Assembly (NCBI GenBank): GCA_012103325.1
Contig: WLWY01000006.1
Span: forward strand, 337,087-401,086
Reading direction: 5' to 3'
Length of the DNA: 64,000 nt
DNA from: Alphaproteobacteria bacterium
GTDB lineage: Bacteria > Pseudomonadota > Alphaproteobacteria > UBA8366 > GCA-2717185
Numbering within the stretch: position 1 is the first letter of the stretch; every line of letters begins with the position of its first letter. Shown here piece after piece: positions 8,447-18,752 of this stretch. The translations under genes were made by a program, and so were the position numbers. The notes beneath the pieces are model-generated. The model did not search any database. It saw only the letters and a list, made by a program, of their open reading frames with translations, and was not told where the DNA came from.

Positions 8447-9637
8447 CTATTCTGCCGCTTCGCCCTTTTTGCGTTCCTGGTAGTTGTCGATCTCAGTCTG
8501 CACTGCCTTGGCTGCCTCGCCGACGAAGGCGTCGCGGTTCTCGTGACTATAATCGTAGCTGATGTCGCGTAGCCGGTTAAGGTGCTGGAAATGCGGGAAG
8601 ACATAGCGCGCGAGTAGCTCGTAGCTTTCCTTTGTATTTTCCCAGTTGGCCCAGTTGTGGGCAAGCTGCATCAGCGCGCCGAAACCGCCGGCACCTTCCA
8701 GTAGCGTTTCGATATACGCGATCGCATCGTCCGGCGTGCCGATCAGCGCCATCTTGTTCTCGGTCAGATAGGTATAGGGGTCGTCGATCTCCGCCGGCAC
8801 AATTGGGAAGGTCGCGATCTCGCGGAAATACTTTGCCCATTCCTCAAGCCCGAACTGGACGTTCTGCCGCGCCTTTTCCCGCGTTTCCGCCACATGCATA
8901 AGCGTGACAAGCCGCCACTTGTCGCGAGTTACCGTTTGGCCGTTCTCTGCCGCGGCCTCCTCGCACATGCGCCAATTGTTGGCGTGGGCTGCCAACGCGT
9001 CATCGCTGGTGCCGCCAATCGACAACATGCCGATGCCATGCTTGCCCGCCGCCAGGGCACCTGATGGCGAGCGCGCGCAAGCGACCGCCATTTCGACTCG
9101 CGGCTGCTGGAAAGACGGGATCTGGATGCGAGCATCTTGCAGATGAAACCAGTCGGTCTTCATACTGACCAGTTCGCCATCGAGCAGCCGGACCACGGCG
9201 TCGAGTGACTCGTTCATCATCCGGCGCTGCTCCGCCGGGTCGATGCCCATACGATAGGCATCGCCGGTCAGCGCACCAGGGCCGACACCGAACATGAAGC
9301 GACCGCCTGTCATGTGATCGAGTTGTGTCACTCGTCCGGCTACTGTGAACGGATTGTGATAGGGCAATGACACTACGCCGGTACCGAGTCGGATATGCTT
9401 CGTCCGTTCGGCAGCACCGGCGATGAACATTTCCGGACAGGCTATGATTTCCATACCGCCGGAATGATGCTCGCCGACCCAGGCCTCATGATAGCCAAGC
9501 CCGTCGAGATGTTCGAGCAGCAGCATGTCCCGGCGCATCGCTTGCGTCGGGTTCTCGTTCATGGCATGGAACGGGGCGAGAAATATCCCAAATTTCAGAT
9601 AGTTATTCGGAATCAGCGAAAGCGCGGACTGAGTCAT
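8447..9637 (-). CDS. LLM-class flavin-dependent monooxygenase (limonene monooxygenase-like subgroup)
   Basis: FGIFLAPFH, EAWVGEHHSGG, LGTGVVSLPYH and GVGPGAL motifs. Confidence 0.88.
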   Translation of the reverse strand: MTQSALSLIPNNYLKFGIFLAPFHAMNENPTQAMRRDMLLLEHLDGLGYHEAWVGEHHSGGMEIIACPEMFIAGAAERTKHIRLGTGVVSLPYHNPFTVAGRVTQLDHMTGGRFMFGVGPGALTGDAYRMGIDPAEQRRMMNESLDAVVRLLDGELVSMKTDWFHLQDARIQIPSFQQPRVEMAVACARSPSGALAAGKHGIGMLSIGGTSDDALAAHANNWRMCEEAAAENGQTVTRDKWRLVTLMHVAETREKARQNVQFGLEEWAKYFREIATFPIVPAEIDDPYTYLTENKMALIGTPDDAIAYIETLLEGAGGFGALMQLAHNWANWENTKESYELLARYVFPHFQHLNRLRDISYDYSHENRDAFVGEAAKAVQTEIDNYQERKKGEAAE

Positions 9638-9773
9638 TAGCGTCTGTTCCTCATCGGACTTAGCGGTTACAGCATATTGTGAAGCCTTCGACCTGATGCG
9701 GCAACAAACGTCTATCGAGGGTCGTTATCAAACTGAATTTGCCTCGATAAGGCGCAGAAAATTCGTCGATGGT

Positions 9774-10232
9774 TCATAGTGGAGGCCTGATAAAGAGCAC
9801 ATCGCCAAGCTGTATCTTGAGTTGATGCGGTGCAAGCTTCGAGAGATCCTTGTTGATTTCCGTGGCGATCAACTCTTGAAGAGGCTTGGACATTGCCCCC
9901 CGCAGGTCGCCCAAAAACTGCGGTGGGGCGACGACGACCAAGTGATCGAAGCTGCGTTTCTTCCGTTCCGCCTCGAGCAAACGGCCAATTTCGCGCGCCA
10001 GCACGGTCTTGGCATACCGTTTCGGATCGGAATGCGGCTCCATGGCATGCCGGCCATCCCCGCCTCGCTCGAACGTTCTTCCGGGACGATCGCTCGCGAG
10101 ATCGCGGCTTGCCAGCGCTTCACCAACGAGTTCGTGCGCGTACACCGAAACCAACTCATGGCCTTCCGATAGTTGGAAGAACCGGCCTCGCGCGCCGTCG
10201 GCAACAACCACCCAAACCTTTGGTTTCCGCAT
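9774..10232 (-). CDS. Host attachment family protein
   Basis: WVVVADGARGR, SDRPGR and LVVVAPP.FLG.LR..KDL motifs. Start placed at ATG 10232. Confidence 0.8.
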   Translation of the reverse strand: MRKPKVWVVVADGARGRFFQLSEGHELVSVYAHELVGEALASRDLASDRPGRTFERGGDGRHAMEPHSDPKRYAKTVLAREIGRLLEAERKKRSFDHLVVVAPPQFLGDLRGAMSKPLQELIATEINKDLSKLAPHQLKIQLGDVLFIRPPL

Positions 10233-10292
10233 TCGCAATGCTCCTTGAGGATCAGACCGAAACAAAAAGACCACGCGAACCAAACGTGCGCC

Positions 10293-10306
10293 GTGACACA
10301 GATCAA
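10293..10306 (-). promoter_or_regulatory. Putative FixK/FNR-type box
   Basis: Minus strand reads TTGAT-CTGT-GTCAC against the consensus TTGAY-N4-RTCAA, about 60 bp upstream of the host attachment gene. Confidence 0.45.
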
Positions 10307-10376
10307 CGCCACCGCGATCCGCGTCGATAGAGTCTCTGGCGATGCTTAGGAGCCGTTCGTCGCGAGGCAAAGCCAG

Positions 10377-11357
10377 ATGCAGAATATTCTCGTCACCGGT
10401 GCAAACGGACAAATCGGCTCGGAGCTGGTGCCGGCACTGCGCAACCGATATGGCATTGAACGCGTCATTGCTTCTGACATTCGAAGTCCGCCAAACGCCA
10501 ACAACGATGGCCCGTTCGAACATCTCGACTGCACCAGCCTGCGCCAAATCCAAGATGTTGTCCGGCAACACAACATCGGCACAATTTATCATCTCGCCGC
10601 CTTGCTTTCCGCCGTTGCAGAGCTGCAGCCACAATCGGCCTGGGATGTGAATATGGGCAGTGTTTATCGCGTCCTCGAAGTCGCGAGGCAGTGCAATTGC
10701 GCCCTATTCTTCCCGAGCTCCATCGGCGCCTTCGGCCCGAGCACGCCGAAGATGCAAACGCCGCAAGACACGATCCAGCGACCCACGACAATGTATGGGG
10801 TCACCAAAGTGGCTGGTGAGTTGTTGTGCGATTACTACGCCACGCGCTTTGGCGTCGATGCACGCGGGTTGCGTTTTCCCGGCCTTATATCCAGCGTTGC
10901 GCCGCCCGGCGGTGGAACGACCGATTACGCTGTCGATATTTTCTATCAAGCAATCCGTTATCGCCACTACACCTGCTATCTGCGTCCCGATACGCGGCTC
11001 GACATGATGTATATGCCCGATGCGATCCGTGCGATTCTTGAATTGATGGACGCCAGATCCGAAACGCTCATGCATCGGAATTCCTTCAACCTCACCGCTA
11101 TGAGCATCACGCCTGCCGATTTAGTAGGAGCGATCCGGGAGCATATTCCGGAATTTGCGATCACCTACGAAATCGATCCCGTACGACAAGCAATCGCGGA
11201 CTCCTGGCCACAATCGATCGACGACAGCGAAGCGCGCGCGCAATGGGGATGGGCGCCATGCTATGACCTTGTCGCTATGACAGCAGATATGCTCGATAAG
11301 CTGTCTGAAAAGATAATCCCGACGAACCCATCCCAAGGAACGCAAAATGCCCCATGA
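10377..11357 (+). CDS. L-threonine 3-dehydrogenase (SDR/epimerase type)
   Basis: TGANGQIG, HLAALLSA, PSSIGAFG, YGVTK and GGGTTDYA motifs. Overlaps a kbl-like gene. Confidence 0.85.
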   Translation: MQNILVTGANGQIGSELVPALRNRYGIERVIASDIRSPPNANNDGPFEHLDCTSLRQIQDVVRQHNIGTIYHLAALLSAVAELQPQSAWDVNMGSVYRVLEVARQCNCALFFPSSIGAFGPSTPKMQTPQDTIQRPTTMYGVTKVAGELLCDYYATRFGVDARGLRFPGLISSVAPPGGGTTDYAVDIFYQAIRYRHYTCYLRPDTRLDMMYMPDAIRAILELMDARSETLMHRNSFNLTAMSITPADLVGAIREHIPEFAITYEIDPVRQAIADSWPQSIDDSEARAQWGWAPCYDLVAMTADMLDKLSEKIIPTNPSQGTQNAP

Positions 11358-12573
11358 CCGGATCGAAAAAGCGCTCGCGAAGGAACTGGTGAGCTTGGCC
11401 GAAGCGGGCCGTCTGAAAGGTACGGAAACCGTGTTCGACGGCATTGTCGCACCAAAAGGCGGTAAAGGATCCCGCTACCGAATCGCAGGCGAAGCCGGGC
11501 GACCGTTTCTGCGGATGAACGCAAACAGCTATCTCGGCATGGCGTATCAGCCGGAAGTCATTGCAGCGGAGGAAGCGGCTGTCCGCACCTATGGCGCGGG
11601 GCCGGGCGCGGTACGGTTCATCAGCGGCACATGGTCGCCGCATGTTGCGCTCGAGAAACGGCTCGCCGCATTCCATGATCGCGAAGCGTCGATGATTTTC
11701 AGCTCGGCCTACGCCACGATCATGGGCCTGCTACCGCCGCTGATTAACGACCGGACCGCCGTAATCAGCGACGCACTCAATCATAACTGCATCATCAACG
11801 CGGTGCGGCTGGCACAGCCGAAACAGAAGCGCGTCTATCCCCATCTCGACATGACTGCCCTGGAAACCGAACTTGCAGCTGCGGCGGAGACCTGCGAACG
11901 GGCGATTGTCGTGACCGACGGCGTATTCAGCATGCGCGGCGATCATGCACCTTTGGGCGAGATTATGGGATTGGCCCGTCGCTACGACGATGATTTCAAG
12001 GAAAACGTTCTGGTGATCGTCGACGACTCGCACGGGATCGGCGCTTTCGGTGCGACCGGACGCGGCACCGAAGAAATCGAGAGCAGTGAGCCTGCCGACT
12101 TACTCGTCGGAACGCTCGGCAAGGCGTTCGGCGTCAACGGGGGCTATGTCACGGGAAACCTGACGATCATGGATTACCTGCGAGAGACGTCGCCCTTCTA
12201 CATCTATTCCAACCCCATCACGCCGGGCGAAGCCGCCGCCGCCAAGGCCGCCGTGGATATTCTCGACAGCCCGCAAGGCATCGCCCTACTCGATCATCTC
12301 CGCGCCATGATGGCGCGTTTCAGAAGTGGACTGAGCGATCTCGGCTTTGAAACGGTTCCCGGCGCGCATCCCGTCGTCCCATTGATGGTTCGCGATACGG
12401 GCCGGACGGCCGCTTTGGTCCAACATCTACGCGATCACGATATCTTGGCGACGGGTCTCGGTTATCCGGTCGTCCCCCGTAGCGATGAAGAAATCCGCTT
12501 CCAGATTTCCGCTGACCACACCGCTGCGGACATCGACGAGGTGCTCGCCGCACTAAAATCGTTCAACGCCTAA
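11347..12573 (+). CDS. kbl: 2-amino-3-ketobutyrate CoA ligase (glycine C-acetyltransferase)
   Basis: PLP class II: NSYLG, AVRFISGT, SDALNH, TDGVFSM.GD, DDSHG and GTLGKA. Coupled to the threonine dehydrogenase. Confidence 0.75.
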   Translation: MPHDRIEKALAKELVSLAEAGRLKGTETVFDGIVAPKGGKGSRYRIAGEAGRPFLRMNANSYLGMAYQPEVIAAEEAAVRTYGAGPGAVRFISGTWSPHVALEKRLAAFHDREASMIFSSAYATIMGLLPPLINDRTAVISDALNHNCIINAVRLAQPKQKRVYPHLDMTALETELAAAAETCERAIVVTDGVFSMRGDHAPLGEIMGLARRYDDDFKENVLVIVDDSHGIGAFGATGRGTEEIESSEPADLLVGTLGKAFGVNGGYVTGNLTIMDYLRETSPFYIYSNPITPGEAAAAKAAVDILDSPQGIALLDHLRAMMARFRSGLSDLGFETVPGAHPVVPLMVRDTGRTAALVQHLRDHDILATGLGYPVVPRSDEEIRFQISADHTAADIDEVLAALKSFNA

Positions 12574-14162
12574 TAGGCTGCAACCTGACCATCGCTTCGC
12601 GGATCAGCAGCGCCTTCCAGAAGACCATTGGCATAGCGAACAAGGGCGCCGGCGTGCCCCATGGCTTCGTCGAACTCACCGATTTCCTCGACATCGTGGC
12701 CGGCGGCGCGCAACGCCGCGATGACGGCGGGATCGAAACGGTTCTCGATTCTTAGGTTCGTTGCATCGGCACCCCATGTTCGGCCGAGCAACCAGCGCGG
12801 CGCGGTCACGGCCTGTTGCAGATCCTGCCCAAAGAGAACATGCCGGCTGAACAGCATCGCCTGCGTCTGCGGCTGTCCTTCGCCGCCCATCGTGCCGTAC
12901 GGCATGACGCGCCCGTCCGACAGTTGCGCAAGCGCCGGCTGAATGGTGTGGAATGGCCGGCGATGCGGCCGCAACGCATTGTGATGCGCCTCGTCGAGAC
13001 TGAAACTGACGCCACGGTTCTGCCAGGTAATACCGGTTTCGTCGAGCACGACCCCGGACCCGAACTCCCAATAGATACTCTGAATAAAACTGACCGTCCG
13101 GCCCTCGCCGTCGATGGCGCCGAGCCAGACCGTGTCGCCACCCGGTCTGGCTTCCGGCCATGGCAGGGCACGTGCCGGATCGATGTCGGCCGCCATTGCC
13201 GCAAATGTCTCATCATTTAGATACGATTGGGGATCGACATCCATATAAGCCGGGTCGGTGACATACCGGTCGCGGATACGGAAAGCCTGCTTTGTCGCCT
13301 CAACCAACCCGTGGACGAATTCGAACCCCTCCGCTTCGGAGACGCCGAGGCGGGAGAAAACGCCCAACAGGATCAGCGACGCCAATCCCTGCGTCGGCGG
13401 CGGCAGGTTGAAGACCTTGTGGCCGGCAACCTCCGTCATCAAAGGGGCGACCCGAAGTGCCTTGTGCCGTTCCAAATCTCCGAGACGAAGCGGCGTTCCG
13501 GCACGTTCCAGATCGACCGCTATCGCCCGGCCAAGTGTACCGCGATAGAAATCGTCCAGGCCTCGCTGGCCCAACTGGTTGAGTGTCTCAGCAAGCTTCG
13601 GTTGACGGAAAAGTGCGCCTTCGACCAGCGGTTTGCCGTTGTCGAGATAGGTTTCGGCAAACCCCGGAGACGCCTTCATTTCCCCCATCTTGCTGGCCGT
13701 ATTGTCGGCCTGTGTCCTCGTTACGGCGATACCGTCCTTGGCCAGAAACGCAGCATCTTCGAGCAGACGGTTAAGCGGCAAGGTCCCGCCCCAATCGTCT
13801 GTACTGATATTAAGCGCTTCCTGCCAGCCGGAAACCGCGCCGCCTACCGTCAGGGCCGCGAGCGGCCCACGTGACGGAATTTCGTTGAAGCCTTGATTCC
13901 GATAGAACGCGATATCGGCCTGGGCCGCAGCGGCACCACAGGCATCGATGCCAACTACCTCTCGCCCGGGGGTATGGATAAGCCAGAAATTGTCACCGCC
14001 GAGGGCATTCATATGCGGATAGGCCACCGCGATCGTGCTGGCCGCGGCGACCATCGCCTCCATCGCGTTGCCACCCTCTTCCAGCACGCGAAGCCCGGCT
14101 TGCGATGCCAGGTGATGAGGCGCGACGATCATGCCGCGGCGAGACCGCGCCGTCCGCAGCAT
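12570..14162 (-). CDS. Gamma-glutamyltransferase family protein, HpxW (oxamate amidohydrolase)-like
   Basis: Autoprocessing Thr in GGDTVW...SFIQSIYWEFGSG, plus PFHT and GTMGGEGQPQTQ motifs. Confidence 0.85.
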   Translation of the reverse strand: MLRTARSRRGMIVAPHHLASQAGLRVLEEGGNAMEAMVAAASTIAVAYPHMNALGGDNFWLIHTPGREVVGIDACGAAAAQADIAFYRNQGFNEIPSRGPLAALTVGGAVSGWQEALNISTDDWGGTLPLNRLLEDAAFLAKDGIAVTRTQADNTASKMGEMKASPGFAETYLDNGKPLVEGALFRQPKLAETLNQLGQRGLDDFYRGTLGRAIAVDLERAGTPLRLGDLERHKALRVAPLMTEVAGHKVFNLPPPTQGLASLILLGVFSRLGVSEAEGFEFVHGLVEATKQAFRIRDRYVTDPAYMDVDPQSYLNDETFAAMAADIDPARALPWPEARPGGDTVWLGAIDGEGRTVSFIQSIYWEFGSGVVLDETGITWQNRGVSFSLDEAHHNALRPHRRPFHTIQPALAQLSDGRVMPYGTMGGEGQPQTQAMLFSRHVLFGQDLQQAVTAPRWLLGRTWGADATNLRIENRFDPAVIAALRAAGHDVEEIGEFDEAMGHAGALVRYANGLLEGAADPRSDGQVAAY

Positions 14163-14164
14163 CG

Positions 14165-15649
14165 TCAGGCCACCGGCTCGACACAGGCGAGCGCATATAT
14201 AGCCGCATCCGCATTGGAGGGCGCGACAACGACCCCTGCCGCTTCCAATGTCGCGACCTGCGCCGCACGGCCCTGCGGGTCTTCGTCGGTACCGGTCACC
14301 GACGCGACGACAATCGGCCGTTCGCCGCCAACGCTCGCTAGCACGCCGGCGAGATGGCCTGCCGGATCTTCGTGGGCGCCGTAACCGATCACGATATCGA
14401 TCAGAATAGCCCCAACCGATGGATCGCTAAGGGTTTCACACAACAAATCGTCTCGCACGCTAGGGTCGATCATCGGGTGAGGTTTACCACGGGTGAATTC
14501 ATCGTCGCCCAGATCGATAAAGGCATGGCCGCGCGAATTTTCACCCAAAGCTGCGACACCTGGTATCGGCGCGTTGGATCCAAGCGGCAGCCTGGCGTCG
14601 CGGAATACGATCTGAGCCTCCGCGCATAGCGTCCCTCCCGAAAAAAGACCGACGGCGCGGCGGCCTTCGGGAACCGATACTGGCAGCGTATCAAAGTTGG
14701 GAAAAGCGCGGTCGCCCAAAGATTGTTCCGCCGCTGCTTTCAGTGTCGCCGCGGCAGCCGCGTTATCCGGCACCGCCACATTCTCCGCCCCGACGAAGCA
14801 GACAGTGTAAGGCTTCGAACTCTTCGCAATCCGCTCAATGACTTGCCGTGCGACATCTGTGGCGGGCGGCTTCGAAATCAAGACGATGTGGCGCGTCCCG
14901 CTGCCCCTTTCCAGAAGATCCATCGCCATCAAGGTCGTGATGCCGCCGACTTCCGCAGAAAGATCGCGCCCGCCGACACCGATGGCGTGGCTTATGCCGC
15001 CACCATTTTGTGCAATCAGGCAACTTACTTCCTGGATACCCGTGCCGGAGGCGCCGATAATTCCGATGTCGCCGCGCGGAACCACATTGGCAAAAGCCAA
15101 TGGAACGCCGCCGATTATGGCGGTGCCGCAATCCGGCCCCATGACAAGCCTTCCCGCCTCACGCGCTTCCTCTTTGAGCGCGCGTTCCGCGTCGACTGGG
15201 ACGTTGTCGCTGAAGATCATCGCGTGGAGACCGTGCCGGACCGCCTTGCGAGCCTCGGCGATCGCGTAGTCGCCGGGCACCGAAATCAGGGCGAAGTTGC
15301 TTGCCGGCGCCGACTTTACCGCCTGTCGAAGCGTTCTCGGCCGCCAGGACGCCGTTTCGGTCTGCGTCTTGGGCTGGTCGAGTTGCCGAATGGCCTCGGC
15401 AATCGCTTCGTCCGCGGCCGTCTGACTATCGGCACGAACAGCGACAACCAAATCATTTCCCTCCGCACTAGCGCCTTCGGCGTCGAGCACCCCGGCATCC
15501 TGCATGATTTGTCGGTTTGCCGCCGTACCCATCATGAGCGCGGATTCCGCGACACCGGGCATTAAACCAATAGTGCGCGCGACTCGCATCAAGGCCACTG
15601 AATCGAGATAGAAGCCTCGTCGCACTTGGTTGATCATCACCGACGCCAT
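14165..15649 (-). CDS. FdrA/AllF-like acyl-CoA synthetase-fold protein
   Basis: YLDSVALM, ISVPG.YA, FSDNV, MGPDCGT, GASGTG.QE, GGRDL, SGGTLC and DLGDDEFT.G.PHPMIDP motifs. Confidence 0.85.
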   Translation of the reverse strand: MASVMINQVRRGFYLDSVALMRVARTIGLMPGVAESALMMGTAANRQIMQDAGVLDAEGASAEGNDLVVAVRADSQTAADEAIAEAIRQLDQPKTQTETASWRPRTLRQAVKSAPASNFALISVPGDYAIAEARKAVRHGLHAMIFSDNVPVDAERALKEEAREAGRLVMGPDCGTAIIGGVPLAFANVVPRGDIGIIGASGTGIQEVSCLIAQNGGGISHAIGVGGRDLSAEVGGITTLMAMDLLERGSGTRHIVLISKPPATDVARQVIERIAKSSKPYTVCFVGAENVAVPDNAAAAATLKAAAEQSLGDRAFPNFDTLPVSVPEGRRAVGLFSGGTLCAEAQIVFRDARLPLGSNAPIPGVAALGENSRGHAFIDLGDDEFTRGKPHPMIDPSVRDDLLCETLSDPSVGAILIDIVIGYGAHEDPAGHLAGVLASVGGERPIVVASVTGTDEDPQGRAAQVATLEAAGVVVAPSNADAAIYALACVEPVA

Positions 15650-15772
15650 GAAACCCCTTTTCGCCCGTCATAAAACCCAGGCGCAATGTACCCCATCGCC
15701 AGCGCTTTGACAGCGCGGCGGTAAAGCGTTTGAGTAAGAATAGGAAATCACGAAACAACGAGGGCGCAGATC

Positions 15773-16792
15773 ATGGGCACGCACGACGATTGGCTGGCAT
15801 TGACCGTTGAAGAGACCCTGGAACCGGACCTGCCGATTTGCGACCCGCACCATCATCTCTGGGAGTTCAAGACCGAACACACCCAGCCACGCTATCTGCT
15901 GGATGAGATCCTCGAAGATCTCAACAGCGGCCACAACATCGTCTCCACCGTCTTCATCGAATGCGGCGCCATGTTCAAGACGGACGGGCCGGAAGCCATG
16001 CGGCCCCTCGGCGAGACCGAATTCGTCCGCGGGATCGCGGCAATGAGCGCCTCCGGCCTGTATAGCGATTGCCGAGTTGCCAAGGGGATCATTGGCACGA
16101 CGGACCTGAAGATCGGCGATGCCGCCGCCGATGTGCTGGACGCACAAATCGAAGCCGGCGGCGGACGCTTCAAAGGTATTCGCCTCGGCATGGCCTGGAA
16201 CGAACACGACGCCATCGGCAATCACCGTACCAATCCGCCGGGCGATCTGGTGCTTCGTGACGAATTTCGCGCCGGCTTCAAGCATTTAGGGCCGCGGAAC
16301 CTCAGCTACGAGGCCTGGTGCTATCACCCGCAAATTCCGGACGTCACAAGCCTCGCGCGCGCGTTCCCGGACACGACAATCATTCTTGACCATTTTGGCG
16401 GACCAATCGGCATCGGGCCCTATGCCGGCAAGTCCGATGAGGTCTTTGCCGAATGGCGCAAATCTATTGACGAACTGTCAACTTGTCAAAATGTCATGGC
16501 CAAGCTCGGCGGCATCAATATGGAGGTGAACGGCTTCGCCTGGCACGAGAAACCAAAACCGCCAACGAGCCAGGAGCTGCTCGACGCCACGCGGCATTAT
16601 TACGAATACACGATCGAGAAATTCGGCGCCGACCGCTGCATGTTCGAATCGAACTTCCCGGTCGACAAGCTGAGTTGCAGCTACAACGTGCTCTATAACT
16701 CCTTCAAGCGGCTATCCGCAGATTACTCGGCCGACGAAAAGGCCAAGCTGTATCACGACACTGCCACGCGGGTTTACAAACTCAACAGCTAG
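15773..16792 (+). CDS. Amidohydrolase_2 family protein
   Basis: DPHHHLW, ILDH.G and CMFESNFPVD motifs. Confidence 0.88.
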   Translation: MGTHDDWLALTVEETLEPDLPICDPHHHLWEFKTEHTQPRYLLDEILEDLNSGHNIVSTVFIECGAMFKTDGPEAMRPLGETEFVRGIAAMSASGLYSDCRVAKGIIGTTDLKIGDAAADVLDAQIEAGGGRFKGIRLGMAWNEHDAIGNHRTNPPGDLVLRDEFRAGFKHLGPRNLSYEAWCYHPQIPDVTSLARAFPDTTIILDHFGGPIGIGPYAGKSDEVFAEWRKSIDELSTCQNVMAKLGGINMEVNGFAWHEKPKPPTSQELLDATRHYYEYTIEKFGADRCMFESNFPVDKLSCSYNVLYNSFKRLSADYSADEKAKLYHDTATRVYKLNS

Positions 16793-16798
16793 AGTTCG

Positions 16799-17209
16799 TT
16801 ACGCCGCGGTAAAGCGCTGCCCCGAAATCGCGGGATGATAGATTGGCTGAATGACATTACCGGCCGGATCCTTGACGTGGAAGCTGCGCGCACCGTCGGC
16901 GTGGTCGCTTGGCTGATCCAGCACATCGACATCCTTGGACTTGAAGTAGTCGAACCAGTCCTGCAACTCTTCCTTCGTCCGGACGATGAAGCCGTAGTGA
17001 TCGAAGCAGCCCTTGCCGTCCGTCGGCTTTTTTGCGCGCGCCAGGGACAAATTGTCGTTGCCGCAGGTCAAGTAGACCAGATTCTCGTTGGCCCGGTTCA
17101 GGATCTCCATACCCATAATCTCGGTATAGAACTTTTCGCATTCCTCCAGGTTCGGCACGGCAAAGGCGACATGGCGAATGCCGCTGAATGGCGTCGGACG
17201 GTCGGTCAT
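16799..17209 (-). CDS. VOC (glyoxalase/bleomycin resistance) family protein
   Basis: IRHVAF, FYTEIMG, DHYGF and DPAGN motifs. Start at ATG 17209. Confidence 0.85.
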   Translation of the reverse strand: MTDRPTPFSGIRHVAFAVPNLEECEKFYTEIMGMEILNRANENLVYLTCGNDNLSLARAKKPTDGKGCFDHYGFIVRTKEELQDWFDYFKSKDVDVLDQPSDHADGARSFHVKDPAGNVIQPIYHPAISGQRFTAA

Positions 17210-17336
17210 CGGTCGGCTCCGGTTCGTTTCGGTTCCGTCTACTCTATGAAAAACCCGCGCCACATTGAAGCCCAGTGAATTAGGTGCCAAGATCGACGTC
17301 AGGAACAGGCCTGCGAAACCGGAAGGAGATCAAGCC

Positions 17337-18740
17337 ATGACCGCGCCAGACCGCTACGATCCGAGGGAATTCAAGGCGCTCACCTTTCATGATGCTGTAC
17401 CCACTTTCCGCGACGGCACGGATACGCCACGCTCCTATCTGGAGCGCTGTCTGGAAACCATCGCCGAACGCGAACCGGTGGTGAAGGCCTATGTTTCCCT
17501 AGACGAAGATGACGCTCGCGCTGCCGCCGATGCCAGTTCAGCGCGTTACAAGGACGGTAAGGCGCTTTCCGCCATCGACGGGCTACCGATCAGCATCAAA
17601 GATCTGCTTGAGACCAAGGACATGCCGACGCAGATGGGCTGCGAGGCTTATACCGGGAACTTCCCAAAGAACGACAACGCGGCGGTTTGGGCGCTGCGCG
17701 AAGCAGGCGCGGTGGTATTCGGCAAAACAGTCACGGCGGAACTTGGTGGGTCACATCCGGGACCAACGACAAACCCGTTCGATCCGACCCGCACGCCCGG
17801 CGGCTCGTCTTCCGGCTCCGCCGCCGCAGTGGCATCACGCATGGTACCCGCGGCGATTGGCACCCAAGTCGGCGGCTCGATCATCCGCCCCGCCGCGTAT
17901 TGCGGCAATGTCGCGCTGAAGCCGACGCAAGGCGGCATTAATCGCGGCGAACGGCAAGCCACGAGTATGAGTACCCATGGGCCCCATGCCGGCTGTATCG
18001 AGGATATGTGGCAGGTCGCGATTGAGATTGCCAGCCGCGCCGGCGGCGACCGTGGCGCGCTCGGCCTGTTCGGCCCGGCGACACCGCCCGCCGCCGCGAA
18101 GCCCGAACGGCTGATCGTTCTGGAAACCGCGGGATGGGCGATCCTCGACGACGACAGCAAGGTGGCCTTTGAAGGTCTGCTGGAAAACCTGCAGCAGTCC
18201 GGCGTCACATTGCTGCGGCGCAGTGACCATCCGCTGGTGGAGAAACTGGAGCAGGCTGTTGTCGACGCGCCCAGCATCACGGGCAACATCACCCCATGGG
18301 AGAACCGCTGGGCGCAGCGCAACCTCGTCAATCAGAAGGGCGAGTTCGTCAGCGATCGCTTGAAGGCGACCCTGGCCAAGGCGGAAGCGATGAGCCCGGA
18401 CGATTACCGCGCCGCGATGCTGGCGCGCGATGCAGCACAGCGCTGCCATGCTGCCGTCGGTAATTTGGCCGATGCGATGATCACACTCTCCTGCCCGGGT
18501 CCGGCACCACTGTGGCCGGGCGACACCCAGGGACAACCACTCGCGCCGCGCCCGACCGGCGACGCCATTTTCAACACCCCGAGCTCGATGCTGTTCGCGC
18601 CGTGTGTGACGATGCCGCTCATGAGCGTCGGTGGCATGCCAGTGGGCGCGCAGGTCATGGGACAACAACATCAGGACGCCCGCATGACCGCAATCGCGCG
18701 CTGGATCCTCGACAATGTCTCGCCTGTCGTCGTGGGATAA
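17337..18740 (+). CDS. Amidase (amidase-signature family)
   Basis: SIKD, TPGGSSSGSAAAV and GTQVGGSIIRPA motifs. AAGGAG RBS before ATG 17337. Confidence 0.9.
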   Translation: MTAPDRYDPREFKALTFHDAVPTFRDGTDTPRSYLERCLETIAEREPVVKAYVSLDEDDARAAADASSARYKDGKALSAIDGLPISIKDLLETKDMPTQMGCEAYTGNFPKNDNAAVWALREAGAVVFGKTVTAELGGSHPGPTTNPFDPTRTPGGSSSGSAAAVASRMVPAAIGTQVGGSIIRPAAYCGNVALKPTQGGINRGERQATSMSTHGPHAGCIEDMWQVAIEIASRAGGDRGALGLFGPATPPAAAKPERLIVLETAGWAILDDDSKVAFEGLLENLQQSGVTLLRRSDHPLVEKLEQAVVDAPSITGNITPWENRWAQRNLVNQKGEFVSDRLKATLAKAEAMSPDDYRAAMLARDAAQRCHAAVGNLADAMITLSCPGPAPLWPGDTQGQPLAPRPTGDAIFNTPSSMLFAPCVTMPLMSVGGMPVGAQVMGQQHQDARMTAIARWILDNVSPVVVG

Positions 18741-18752
18741 CGACCGGGAAGA

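Noticed and set aside
10233-10634. Long N-terminus of the host attachment ORF
   Set aside because: Antisense to the threonine dehydrogenase and its promoter region
11347-12573. bioF, or serine palmitoyltransferase linked to the ceramidase-like gene
   Set aside because: The RFI.GT motif and overlap with threonine dehydrogenase favour Kbl, and it lies about 38 kb from the lipid operon
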